DNA of 63,695 nucleotides, the filler included, from Octopus bimaculoides (taxonomy: Eukaryota): NCBI RefSeq assembly GCF_001194135.2. It is 7 parts of 6 records of this genome, joined end to end, with 100 filler letters (N's around TTAATTAATTAA, not from the genome) between each part and the next. Parts side by side here need not be neighbours in the genome. Positions count along the whole stretch, not along the records: positions 1 to 20,758 come from NC_069008.1; positions 20,859 to 35,401 come from NC_068981.1; 5 more parts are not named here. One strand, written 5' to 3'. Position 1 is the first letter of the stretch, and the number at the start of each line of letters is the position of its first letter. Below the pieces are notes generated by a model. That model made no database searches, was not told where the DNA came from, and saw only the letters and a program-made list of their open reading frames with translations. Of this stretch, positions 10,990 through 21,485 are shown piece by piece. A program made the translations under genes and the position numbers.

Positions 10990-11758
10990 GGATCTATTTT
11001 AAAACGAGGGCCACATTTTTCATTAATGTTTTACGTAGTGTTTTTGGTACCGAAAGACTTTCAAACTTCGTATACTTATNNNNNNNNNNNNNNNNNNNNN
11101 NNNNNNNNNNNNNNNNNNNNNNNNNNNNNNNNNNNNNNNNNNNNNNNNNNNNNNNNNNNNNNNNNNNNNNNNNNNNNNNNNNNNNNNNNNNNNNNNNNNN
11201 NNNNNNNNNNNNNNNNNNNNNNNNNNNNNNNNNNNNNNNNNNNNNNNNNNNNNNNNNNNNNNNNNNNNNNNNNNNNNNNNNNNNNNNNNNNNNNNNNNNN
11301 NNNNNNNNNNNNNNNNNNNNNNNNNNNNNNNNNNNNNNNNNNNNNNNNNNNNNNNNNNNNNNNNNNNNNNNNNNNATTTCAACCAATCACTGACAAGTAT
11401 TCAGTTGTTTACATTTACTCCTTTGGTGTAAAGCGTATTTAATCTCCATACCTTCGTTTTATTTTCTTTTTTCATTTTAAATTTGCTTTAACCCTAACCC
11501 TAACCCTAGGGTTAGGGTTAATTGTTTCAGAATCGTTTGTTTATGTAGTCGGCACTTAATGTATATCGGCTGAATGGACGTCAGTGATTGGTTGAAATTA
11601 CAGAAATACGACAACTTTAACATGGAATAACTTCTGGATTTCTTTTTTTTTAAGAAGACTAAGAGAAAAAGATGTTTTATATGACACATTCTACCAGTGT
11701 TCCAAGTTTCAAAGTGTTTCGTTAATGAAAAATGTGGCCCCCGTTTCAAAAAAGATCC
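10990..11758. mobile_element. MITE family A copy 2 (contains an N gap)
   Basis: GGATCTATTTTAAAACG...CGTTTCAAAAAAGATCC; TSD ATAAATAT / ATAAAGAT (7/8). Internal sequence is shared with 3118-3735. Confidence 0.85.
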
Positions 11759-12350
11759 ATAAAGATTTATACTGGGACTCATGCATGCAATTACAAGTAA
11801 GGTGAAAGAAAGCTCGTGTACACTACCCATTTCCGTTGCTTTTTTTTCTGCCAAAAGTTCTTCGGATTTCCATGTTTTCGATATAGGAGAATACGATTTT
11901 GCCCCAAAATCACGTTTTCAAAATTCTAATTTCCTCCACATACACCCAGGTTTCCGAATTTTTGACTTTTTTCAAAATATTTTTAATCCACGAAGAAAAA
12001 TACAGAGGTTACGAATTTGGGAAGTTCTAAGAAAACGCAACCAGGGGTATATATGAATTAATGTCCGTTTTCTATGCTGGCATGGGTTAGACGGTTTGAC
12101 AGGAGCTGTCCAGATTCCAATTTGAGTTGCGGCTGGCTTTCTATAGCTGGATGCCCTACCTAATTGCCATCCACATTACAGAGTATGTTGGGTGCTTTTT
12201 ATGCGGCATGGTATGGATGCATCTGTGCAGCACCGGTAGAAGTGCATATACATGGCACCAGCACCTGTAAAAGACCAGAATGTATGTATGGATGTCAGCG
12301 ATTTTACTTGACCCGACGAGTTTTCTAGAGTAAGTATTGCAAGTAAACTA

Positions 12351-12537
12351 TTAGGTTGGTACATAATTATTGCGGCTTTTTTTTTTGCAATGAATTTTAT
12401 TCAACAAAAACATTTTTAAATGATTATTCCGGAGCATATTCACCATCTACTTCAATTTCTGCTTGCCGTTTTGTTTAGATTTTTTGAGGAATAAAATTTA
12501 TTGAAAAAAAAGCCGCAATAATTATGCACCAACCTAA
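12351..12537. mobile_element. mariner-derived MITE (MADE1/Hsmar1-like TIRs)
   Basis: TIRs TTAGGTTGGTACATAATTATTGCGGCTTTTTTT / AAAAAAAGCCGCAATAATTATGCACCAACCTAA, flanked by TA on both sides (12349-50, 12538-39). Confidence 0.9.
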
Positions 12538-12550
12538 TATATATAAGTCT

Positions 12551-12720
12551 AGGAATGGCTGTGTGGGAAGAAGGCTGCTTTCCAGCCACTTGTGTCCGGG
12601 TTCTGTCCCTTGGCATGGCACCTTAAGTAAGTTCCTTCTAAATCAGCTTCGGACCGACCAAAGCCTTGTGAGTGGATTTAGTAGACAGAAACTAGAAGAA
12701 GCCTGTCATATACCTATATA
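12551..12720 (+). mobile_element. tRNA-derived SINE family A, 5' half
   Basis: GGCTGTGTGG...GGGTTC.GTCCC...GGCACCTT...GACCAAAGCCTTGTGAGTGGATTT.GTAGAC.GAAACT recurs more than 9 times in the window. Confidence 0.75.
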
Positions 12721-13384
12721 TCTTTCACTTGTTTCATTCATTAGACTGCGGCCATGCTGGAGTACCGCCTTGAACAAATTTTGCACCAACCGATTAGAAA
12801 TAGTTTCTCTTAAATAACCAGGTGGTTCACTAGTAGTTGATAGCTTCTGTTAACCAGGGGAGGTAATTAGCTTTGCCCTCAACTCTTAGACAGTCAAATG
12901 GGGTACTATTGTGACATTATGTATTTTGGTATGTTTGAGACCAAGTGGATCCTCTTCCACTTTTGGTCCGAACACAGCCGATTTCTTCTGGAAGACAGAA
13001 AGTCAGACAGGCAGAAAGAAAGAGAAGATACACTCTGCTTCCTGTACAAGAAGGGTAATGTATTTATTGTCCTTGAACTAGTGAAAGACAAAGTTGCTCT
13101 CAATAGGATTGGAACAAGCTGATTGCCAAATTGGGCTTTGGAACAGATCATGTTCATACAGAAACTCCACTGGATATACACACATATATACAGACACACG
13201 TACACACAGATACATGCATATATATATTAGAAAAAATAATAAGGTACTCAGATATCTGGATGGTTGTACATTTACAGATTTTTATTAATATGTCACATGT
13301 TTTATAAATATTAGCGCTTGCACCTATTCTTGTAGGTTCTAAACCTTCCAATATATATATATATATATATAAAACTGGAGCTTG

Positions 13385-14370
13385 AAAATAAACCCAGTGA
13401 TGTCTCTTTCCACTGCATTGTGAGGTGGTTGTCAACCAGCAATGTCTTGTTAATCGGTTGGAGCCTATTAATTTCCTTAAAGAAAAAATTCTATCCTCAA
13501 GTGGAGAATGATGAATGGATGCAAGATCTGATGTCCCTTACTGATATAATGAATCATCTACAAACTCCAGGGGAAGAATAAGATTGTTTCTGATCTCACT
13601 CAGACAATTTTTCAGATTTCAGAATAAAATAAGAGCTTTTCAAAGAGACATATTGTCAAGAAACTTCAGTCACTTTCCTAATTTCATTAGGAGAGTAAAT
13701 ACATTCCCTGATATTGAATTATTTAAAAGACCACAAACTGGAAGAATACAAAGATAAATTACAAGGACTGTTTGATGATTTCCTAACCAGATTTGATGAC
13801 TTGCGGAAACTGAAGCCCTGCTTTGCCTTTCTTGTAAATCCATTTATGGTTGATGTGCACCTGACTGGCCTTCGTGCGGATGGCACGTAAAAGCACCCAC
13901 TACACTCTCTGAGTGGTTGGCGTTAGGAAGGGCATCCAGCTGTATAAACTCTGCCAAATCAGATTGGAGCCTGGTGTTGCCATCCGGTTTCACCAGTCTT
14001 CAGTCAAATCGTCCAACCCATGCTAGCATGGAAAGCGGACGTTAAACGATGATGTGGTCAATGACAGATGTCCATTTCTCAAACCTCTGGTTATGGAATC
14101 ATCTGCTGGGGAAATGGAACTAATGGAATTACAGGAGGACCTGGCTCTAAATAGGATCCATAAATCCCAGTCTACAACTGTTCCAGAAATAAAATATTCT
14201 AAACTGAAGAAAACTAATGTGCGACTCATCTCAATTTTCAGCACAACATGCTGCTATGAATCACTTTACTCTGTAATGAAGTTTGTGAAGTCAAAGCATT
14301 GTGCAATCTTTACAAACTAACCCCTGACGGAGCTAATTCATATAGCCTTGACAACATATCAACCAAGATA
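13385..14370 (+). mobile_element. hAT (Charlie/SPIN, GTF2IRD2-like) transposase remnant, split by a SINE
   Basis: Motifs DVSFHCIVRWLS, EWMQDLMSLTDIMNHL, FDDFLTRFDDL...FLVNPF and LISIFSTTCCYESLYSVMKFVKSKH (hAT dimerisation-like), with frameshifts. Confidence 0.8.
13858..14049 (+). mobile_element. SINE family B, 5'-truncated, with 7-bp TSD (other copies ~12070-12330 minus, 44265-44570 minus, 45265-45430, 54265-54385 minus)
   Basis: GGTTGGCGTTAGGAAGGGCATCCAGC...GGAAAGCGGACGTTAAACGATGATG. TSD TGATGTG at 13851-57 and 14050-56; removing the insert restores the hAT frame (PFMVDV|VNDRC). Confidence 0.85.
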
Positions 14371-14746
14371 GAGAGCCACAAGACCTCTACTAGCAGTAAA
14401 TAATGGTTTCAATAGCTTGATATTTGTAGTATTGTTTGTTTGTCATAAAAATATGATAAAACTGTAATTTTGAAAGGTGGTATCTGATTAAAATAGCTCA
14501 AATTTTATTGGTTTTCTTTTTTCACAATTTCCTCCATATTTTGACCAAATATTTACTAAGGCAAATAAATATCATTAAAAATAATATTTTTTTTACCTTT
14601 TTAGTGTTATTTTTGGCAGTCCAATTTTATGTTACTGAAATGCAAATATGCACATTTTTCTTAGAAGTTCCCGAAGTTCATTAACCATATAAAATATGTT
14701 CAATATAGTTAAAACAATCATCAGCCAAGATTTTGAAAGCATTTGG

Positions 14747-14778
<32 letters not shown>

Positions 14779-15373
14779 CATACATACATACATGTGTATT
14801 TTGTGATTACTGAAACTAATACAAATTAACAGTTTAAAAAATTGTATACGTGCATTTCTTAATACTTATATAAAGTTTTTGTAACAAAATGGTTAACAAA
14901 AGCATATGTGTAAATTTTGTTCATGTCTTGCAGCTCTTGAACATCTGAACTTTATATCAGATGTGGATCTTGCATTAAGCAAGTTTAGCCACTCCTGTTC
15001 TCGGCTGTGTTTGTGAATTACAGGACCCATAATCACAGAATGATTTCTAACATATTTCCTAATAATCTACTGTTAATATACATCATTTAAGTGGTTACTA
15101 CAAGTGTAGACTTACTTCACATTGAATGATCCCATACATATTTCACATGGACATAGTTAGTTTGTGAATGTCCAGCATCTTTATTTGTCAACTACAAATA
15201 TATAATTGATAAAGGATTTCAAAATACAATAATGAAGAAGTTTCTCTCAAAAGAAGAACAACACTAAACATTCAAAGACAATGATTTCCAGCATAATTCA
15301 TCAAAAAGAAATGTTCTCCGATGTGTAATTAATTGTTGATAGACTGAATTTAGATTCACCAAAGAAGGAGTTA

Positions 15374-16498
15374 TCATGTTTCATGGTTAAATGTCTTCCT
15401 TCCTGTGTGTATTTGTTCATGTCTTTTCAAGTGATCCTTTGTAATAAAAGATTTCTCACATATTCTACAACGACATGGTTTTTCGCCAGTGTGACTACGT
15501 TTGTGAACTACGAGATGAGAATTGTTTATAAACGACTTCCCGCATATCTCACAGTTATACGGTTTTTCCCCAGTGTGAATTCGTTTGTGAACAACAAGGT
15601 GGGAATTGTTAATAAAAGATTTCCCACAAACATCGCAGTGATACGGTTTCTCTCCGGTGTGGCTACGTTTGTGAACTACAAGATGAGAATTATTAATGAA
15701 TGCTTTCCCGCATATTTCACAATTGTAGGGTTTTTCTCCAGTGTGACGACGTCTATGAACCACAAGACTAGAATTATCAGAGAAAGATTTCCCACATACT
15801 TTGCAGTGATACAGTTCTTCTCCGGTATGTGTTCTCTTGTGAGTTGTTAAGATACTGTTAGAGACGAAAGACTTGCCACATATTTCGCAATGGAACGGTC
15901 TTTCTCCAGTGTGACTACGCATGTGAATAACAAGATGTGAATTCCGAATGAAAGATTTCCTACATACTTCACAATGGAACAGTTTTTCTCCAGTATGTAT
16001 AATTGTGTGCGCTTTTAAGAGACCGTTATTAATGAACGATTTCCCGCATATTTCACAATGGTAGGGTTTTTCTCCGGTGTGTAGTTTTGTATGTGATGTT
16101 AAGACACTGTTACAAACAAATGATTTCCCGCACAATTCACAGTTGAATGGTTTCTCTCCAGTATGACTACGAACATGGATGAGAAGACTAGAATTATTAA
16201 CGAAAGATTTCCCACATATTTCACAACGAAATAGCTTTTCTTTAGTGTGTATTCTTCTATGTTTTGTTAATTTGATGTTATTCACAAAATATTTCTCACA
16301 TATCTCGCAACGATAGCGTTTTTCTCCCGTATGTATTTCTTTGTCACATCTATAATCAGTTATATTTCCTTGTAACAATCTTTCTTTAGCAAACGTTTCA
16401 CTATGTACAGATTCCTCGTCTCCATCTCTCTCTCTAATTATAAATGTATCGTTAAAAACAGTTGCGTTAGAAGTGTCCAAGTGATTAACGTTCTCCAT
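15374..16498 (-). CDS. C2H2 zinc-finger protein, 11 fingers, 374 aa
   Basis: Intact ORF with a short acidic N-terminus and 11 canonical fingers joined by HTGEKP linkers. Candidate acceptor TTTCTCAG just upstream (~16525). Confidence 0.93.
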   Translation of the reverse strand: MENVNHLDTSNATVFNDTFIIRERDGDEESVHSETFAKERLLQGNITDYRCDKEIHTGEKRYRCEICEKYFVNNIKLTKHRRIHTKEKLFRCEICGKSFVNNSSLLIHVRSHTGEKPFNCELCGKSFVCNSVLTSHTKLHTGEKPYHCEICGKSFINNGLLKAHTIIHTGEKLFHCEVCRKSFIRNSHLVIHMRSHTGERPFHCEICGKSFVSNSILTTHKRTHTGEELYHCKVCGKSFSDNSSLVVHRRRHTGEKPYNCEICGKAFINNSHLVVHKRSHTGEKPYHCDVCGKSFINNSHLVVHKRIHTGEKPYNCEICGKSFINNSHLVVHKRSHTGEKPCRCRICEKSFITKDHLKRHEQIHTGRKTFNHET

Positions 16499-16992
16499 AT
16501 TAATTGTTGAAGAATTCTTAAAAGCTGAGAAATGTCCGTAAGTTAATCCGTTATGGTTCAGTTCCCTCTCTGGGATATCATCGAGGGCCTCTGTTTACAT
16601 TGACAACATTAAAATCCGATCAAGTTATAAGCAGGCGGTGTCACTGACAGTAGTTTCCTTATTTGAATGATAACGGTGACATACGTTAACAGTCCCCAGC
16701 CATAAATTAATACTGCATATTCTATGGAACCCTTGATAAATTCAAAAAAATAAATCCCCCCGCTAAATTTTTATTCCATACCAAGGAGGAAACCTGTATG
16801 TGGCTGTTCGACGAGTTAGATATAACACTGAAATCTTCACTCAAATCAGTCAACTGTCTTCAAAAGCGCAGAAAGACATTGAAATTTTCCCCGATATATA
16901 AAATCAGTCAATCGATAGACAAATAATAGAATTTCAATGTTTAATAATCGTATATCTGTTTGACGAGGGTAACCTTCTACAAAACCCTCCAG

Positions 16993-17637
16993 GGATCTAT
17001 TTTAAAACGGGGGCACCAGTATTTTCTTAACGAAACATTTTGACACTTGGGACACTGGTAGAATGTGTCATATAAAACATCTTTTACTCTTAGTCTTCTT
17101 AACAAAAAAAAAGGAATTCGCAAGTTATTCAATGTTAAAGTTGTCGTATTTCTGTAATTTCAACCAATCACTGACGTCTATTCAGCTGAATAGAGTTACT
17201 GCTGGGCGGTCATAAAAATGTTATTCCCTGTGACATATTTCATCCGGTTTAATCGTAATTTATACACATATATTGTTTCTATAATAAATTACGCTGTGCG
17301 TATCTATGTGTGTAACAATTTTAGAGTTCGGATTCTAGAGTTAGGGTTAGTTTTAGGGTTAGGGTTACAGTTACGGTTAACAGTCTAGTTAGGGTTAGGG
17401 GATTAATACGATATACACCGTTACAGCGCTAACTGTTTTCAACTGAATAGACGTCAGTCATTAGTAGAAATTATCGAAATAAGACAATTTTTTACATGAA
17501 ATAAATTCCAATACAAAATTTTGTTTCTGTTCTATAACACAAAATAGATAAGTATACGAAGTTTGAAAGTCTTTCGGTACCAAAAACACTACATAAAACA
17601 TAAATGAAAACTGGTGCCCCCGTTTTAAAATAGATCC
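16993..17637. mobile_element. MITE family A copy 3 (opposite orientation to copy 1)
   Basis: GGATCTATTTTAAAACGGGGGCACCAGT / ACTGGTGCCCCCGTTTTAAAATAGATCC; TSD CCCTCCAG / CACTCCAG (7/8). Confidence 0.88.
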
Positions 17638-17689
17638 CACTCCAGTGTTTCTCATCAAACAAGAATCAGGATACATAGCTTCTTAAATT

Positions 17690-18230
17690 TACTCTTTTAC
17701 TCGTTTCAGCTATTAGACAGCGGCCATGCTGGGGTATCACCTTCAAGAATTTTACTCGAATGAATCGACCCCAGTACGGTTTTTTTTTTAACCTGGTACT
17801 TATTATATCGATCTCTTTAGCCGAATTGCTAATTTACGGGGACGTAAACACAGCAACACCAGTTGTCAACCTGTGGTCGAGGGACAAACACACACACACA
17901 CACACACAAATATACACATATGCATACATATACACGAGAGGCCTCTTTCAGTGTCCGTCTACCAAATCGATCCTCTCACAAGGCTTTGGTCGGCCAACAT
18001 TCGATCATCCTTCTTTATGTTGCATGTCTCGTTCTTCTATTTGTTTCTTTCGTTGTTCGCAAAAAAAGTTCTGTTTTTGTATTTCATGTTCTCATTTTTC
18101 ATATTGTTTACGTTTTTTGACATCCTGTACCCATATATGCATGTGTATATACATATATATTTAAATATGAACAAGGTGCCACGCAGTGGGACTGAACCCG
18201 GAACCATGTGGTTGGTAAGCAAGCTGTGAA
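17690..18230 (-). mobile_element. SINE family A, near full length, with ~170 bp of unrelated sequence replacing the segment around 18000-18170
   Basis: Reverse complement of the family A head (18170-18230), body and 3' tail (CAGCATGGCCGC...GAAACGAGTAAAAGA). Confidence 0.75.
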
Positions 18231-18599
18231 GCATGTTACGTAATAACAAACTAATCAGGTATGAGGTAATAACAATTCAAAGTAAATAACTCTGAAAAGG
18301 ACTTTTGTGCGTTCCCAGAGAATATTACCCTCAATGGCGCTAGTGTTGGTATATTCGGGAATAAGTCACTAACCGAAATAAGTGTCTCTATTGTTTAGGA
18401 AAATACTATTTACTTGTTTAAGCGTTGTACTAGATAAATTGCGAAAATAACTCTAACAGTTTAAATACTAACACACTGAATTCGATTTATACCAAATAAT
18501 TTACGAAGATGAATGGGTTATTTCCCTTCCAGGAGCGAATGGGTTATTTCCCTTACATGTTTGAATGAAATATATTAGTTATATGTAGTAGATATAAGG

Positions 18600-18760
18600 A
18601 TCCCTTCCAGGGGCCCTATTATCGATTTTTTTCAACAATCTATGTATGTCACTATGTTTCCAGACATGAGTTCTACTCACGTGTCAAGTTTCATCAAAAT
18701 CGATTAAACGATGTCGGAGGAGTTAAGTAACAAATCCACAGACAAAATTATTCACATAAG
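18600..18760. mobile_element. Possible non-autonomous Helitron-like (HINE/Lep1-type) fragment
   Basis: GTGTCAAGTTTCATCAAAATCGATTAAACGATGTCGGAGGAG...ACAGACA resembles the recurrent core of invertebrate Helitron-like repeats. No termini were seen. Confidence 0.35.
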
Positions 18761-18989
18761 TAGTAGTAGTAGTAGTAGTAGTCGTAGTATATATATATAT
18801 ATATATATANNNNNNNNNNNNNNNNNNNNNNNNNNNNNNNNNNNNNNNNNNNNNNNNNNNNNNNNNNNNNNNNNNNNNNNNNNNNNNNNNNNNNNNNNNN
18901 NNNNNNNNNNNNNNNNNNNNNNNNNNNNNNNNNNNNNNNNNNNNNNNNNNNNNNNNNNNNNNNNNNNNNNNNATATATATATATATATA

Positions 18990-19155
18990 TATATACGACG
19001 GGCTTCTTTCAGTTTCCGTCTACCAAATACACTCACAAAGCTTTGGTCGGCTCGAGGCTATAGTAGAAGACAAATGCCCAAGGTGCCACGCAGTGGGACT
19101 GAACCAGGAACTACGTTGTTGGGAAGGAAACTTCTTACCACAAAGCCACTCCTGT
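18990..19155 (-). mobile_element. SINE family A 5' half
   Basis: Reverse complement of the family A head and body. Confidence 0.75.
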
Positions 19156-19164
19156 ATATATATA

Positions 19165-19900
19165 TGTAGTGGATTACGCAGGCATAACGTGAATTCGATC
19201 CTCCATCGCCAAATTCCACTTAACAGTTCAACACCATTTTTCTCACGGTAAAACAATAGGTTTTCCAAGAGTAACAGCAGTTACATTTACCAGATGCCTT
19301 CGCTAAGCAAAATAATGTCTTTGCCACTTGACCGTTCTAACCTCTTCTATTTCTCCAAAAGCTAGAATAGAGATAACAGACCGCCAACGAAATTGTTCTG
19401 CTTGGTCAGCAAATAGCGGGTGGATTTGACGAGTGAGAGTTCTTAGACTCAGTTTCGTATCTCAGGCAGGGCCAAGCGAGATCCTACAAATACCTGGGTG
19501 CTATTTTGGTATACGATCTACGTGTCATGAAACTGCTTTATATTGCGATCTACAACAAGAAAAGTTATACTTAAGAAAAACAAGGAAAAATATCTGCGCA
19601 GGTTTCAAGAGCATGTCTGGTTAGAGAGTATGAAGCATAAATGGAATGTCTGTTTGAGTGTCAAAGCTCCGGTCCCGACTCAACAAGGTACATCAACAAC
19701 ACACTTCAGTCCGCCATAGACAACGTTCGATTCACCCATAAAATTAGTAAACTTATTTCAAATCTGCTTCATTTTAATTTTTTTTTAATAAATGTATAAA
19801 AAATGTAAAAAATGTCTTATTTAAGCCATAATAAATAAATGAAACATGTAGATCGCATACTAAGATAGAAATTTGACTCTTGTAGATCACGTTGGCTACA
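19165..19900 (+). mobile_element. Solo LTR (Gypsy-like)
   Basis: Termini TGTAG...CTACA, flanks TATA/TAGA (3/4), AATAAA near 19830. The first ~230 bp, starting at the same TGTAGTGG, are homologous to 36819-37050. Confidence 0.6.
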
Positions 19901-20433
19901 TAGATGACATACCAAAGTAGCATCGAATACAATCTATATAATATATATGCGCGCGCGTACGTGTGCTTGTCTTTGCGTTTGTTCCGGTTACTTAACGGTT
20001 CGGGTCAAGAGGAAACACATCGATCACTGTTCCCGTTGACAGGACAAAGAGATTTCCCCGCTTGGTCAGCAAATAGCGGGTGGATTTGGCGAGTGAGAAT
20101 AGGATGTGTAGCGTACTTCTCTTGTTACACTTTCATATCTAGTACTATTTTTGGTTCTCTGTGAACAGATCTACTCCAATAGTTTGCCATGGCCTTCTTG
20201 GAATGTCACTGGATATCATTTCCTCCACCACGTTATGTATTCTTTTGTTCTTGATGGGATAATAAACAACTCTCTGAAGGCATTGTTATGAATGTACGTG
20301 TTTATTTTATTTGACATGTTTACAAACAGTATCTATAGCGGAGTGATACCCACTGTGCGTATCTTGCCTTAGACACAGTTCATACAGCTTAGTAGATGCG
20401 CTTAACAAAATAGTACTAGATATGAAAGGGTAA

Positions 20434-20477
<44 letters not shown>

Positions 20478-20758
20478 ATATATACATGGATGCGGCGTCG
20501 CACTCACACACACAGACATACACGTTGACATATCAATAAAACCTTCTCTTAAACCTTCTACCGGTCGTGTCTCTCTTTTCTTTTTTTGGCACTTATACTC
20601 ATTTAATCACTTTTCGTGTTTTTTATTTGTATCGACTGTGTGATGTGCAAAAGGAACTATTCCTTGTCACCATCTCCTGGTCGCACGGTCCTTACAGATA
20701 TGTGACTGGCTAAAAATGAAAACAGAAACATGTACTGAGGACAATTCCTCAAGGTGGG

Positions 20759-20858
20759 NNNNNNNNNNNNNNNNNNNNNNNNNNNNNNNNNNNNNNNNNN
20801 NNTTAATTAATTAANNNNNNNNNNNNNNNNNNNNNNNNNNNNNNNNNNNNNNNNNNNN
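20759..20858. other. Artificial 100-bp scaffold linker N44-TTAATTAATTAA-N44 (identical linkers at 35402-35501, 46764-46863, 54407-54506, 60250-60349, 62077-62176)
   Basis: Six identical 44+12+44 units; the 12-mer places a stop in all six frames. Confidence 0.97.
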
Positions 20859-21199
20859 GTACACGTGTCTGTGGAGTGCTCAGCCACTTGCACGTTAATT
20901 TCACGAGCAGGCTGTTCTGTTGATCGGATCAACTGGAACCCTCGACGTCGTAAGCGACGGAGCGCCAACAACAACAACGATTTGCTCGGCTAAAGGCGGT
21001 GCTCCAGCATGACCGCAGTCAAATGACTGAAGCATGTAAAAGAGTAAAGAGTAAAGAGAGTACTGTTTCTACTTCGCGGATTTTCACTTATCGCGGGTTG
21101 TTTTGAAATGTAACACCTGCGAAAGCCGAGGGTTTTCTATGCCTTTCTTTAAAAAGGTGGGGCACATTGGTTGGTGTAAGACTGTTTGTTATGACGTCG

Positions 21200-21485
21200 T
21201 GAGTTCCAGGTTAGATCAACGGAACACTTTGCTCATAACATTAACGTGCAAGTGGCTGAGTACTCCACAGACGCGCGTACCCTTAATATAGTTCTCAGAG
21301 AGATTCAGTATGATACACCGACTGAGGCAAGGTTGGCCCTTTGAATTACAGGTACAACCTATTTTTGCCAGCTGAGTGGACTGGAGCTCCGTGAAATAAA
21401 GTGTCTTGTTTTAAGAAGCAATACCGCCATCAGAAATTGAACACAGGACCTTGCAACTATATTACCCAAACCACTAAGCCACTCT
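21200..21485 (-). mobile_element. tRNA-derived SINE family D (3' tail also at 20859-20980 plus; related copy ~49000-49220 minus)
   Basis: Shares GTTGTACCTGTAATTCAAAGGGCCA with 54045-54264 and GTGGAGT.CTCAGCCACTTGCACGTTAAT with 20859-20980. Confidence 0.6.

Noticed and set aside
20657-20709. Possible short terminal exon (minus): strong acceptor, SHISVRTVRPGDGDKE*, nearby AATAAA
   Set aside because: Only 17 codons, no homology recognised, and upstream context is lost at the linker.
20803-20814. TTAATTAATTAA repeated at six positions, superficially like a spaced repeat, CRISPR or piggyBac target
   Set aside because: Always centred in exactly 88 Ns, so it is a synthetic linker.
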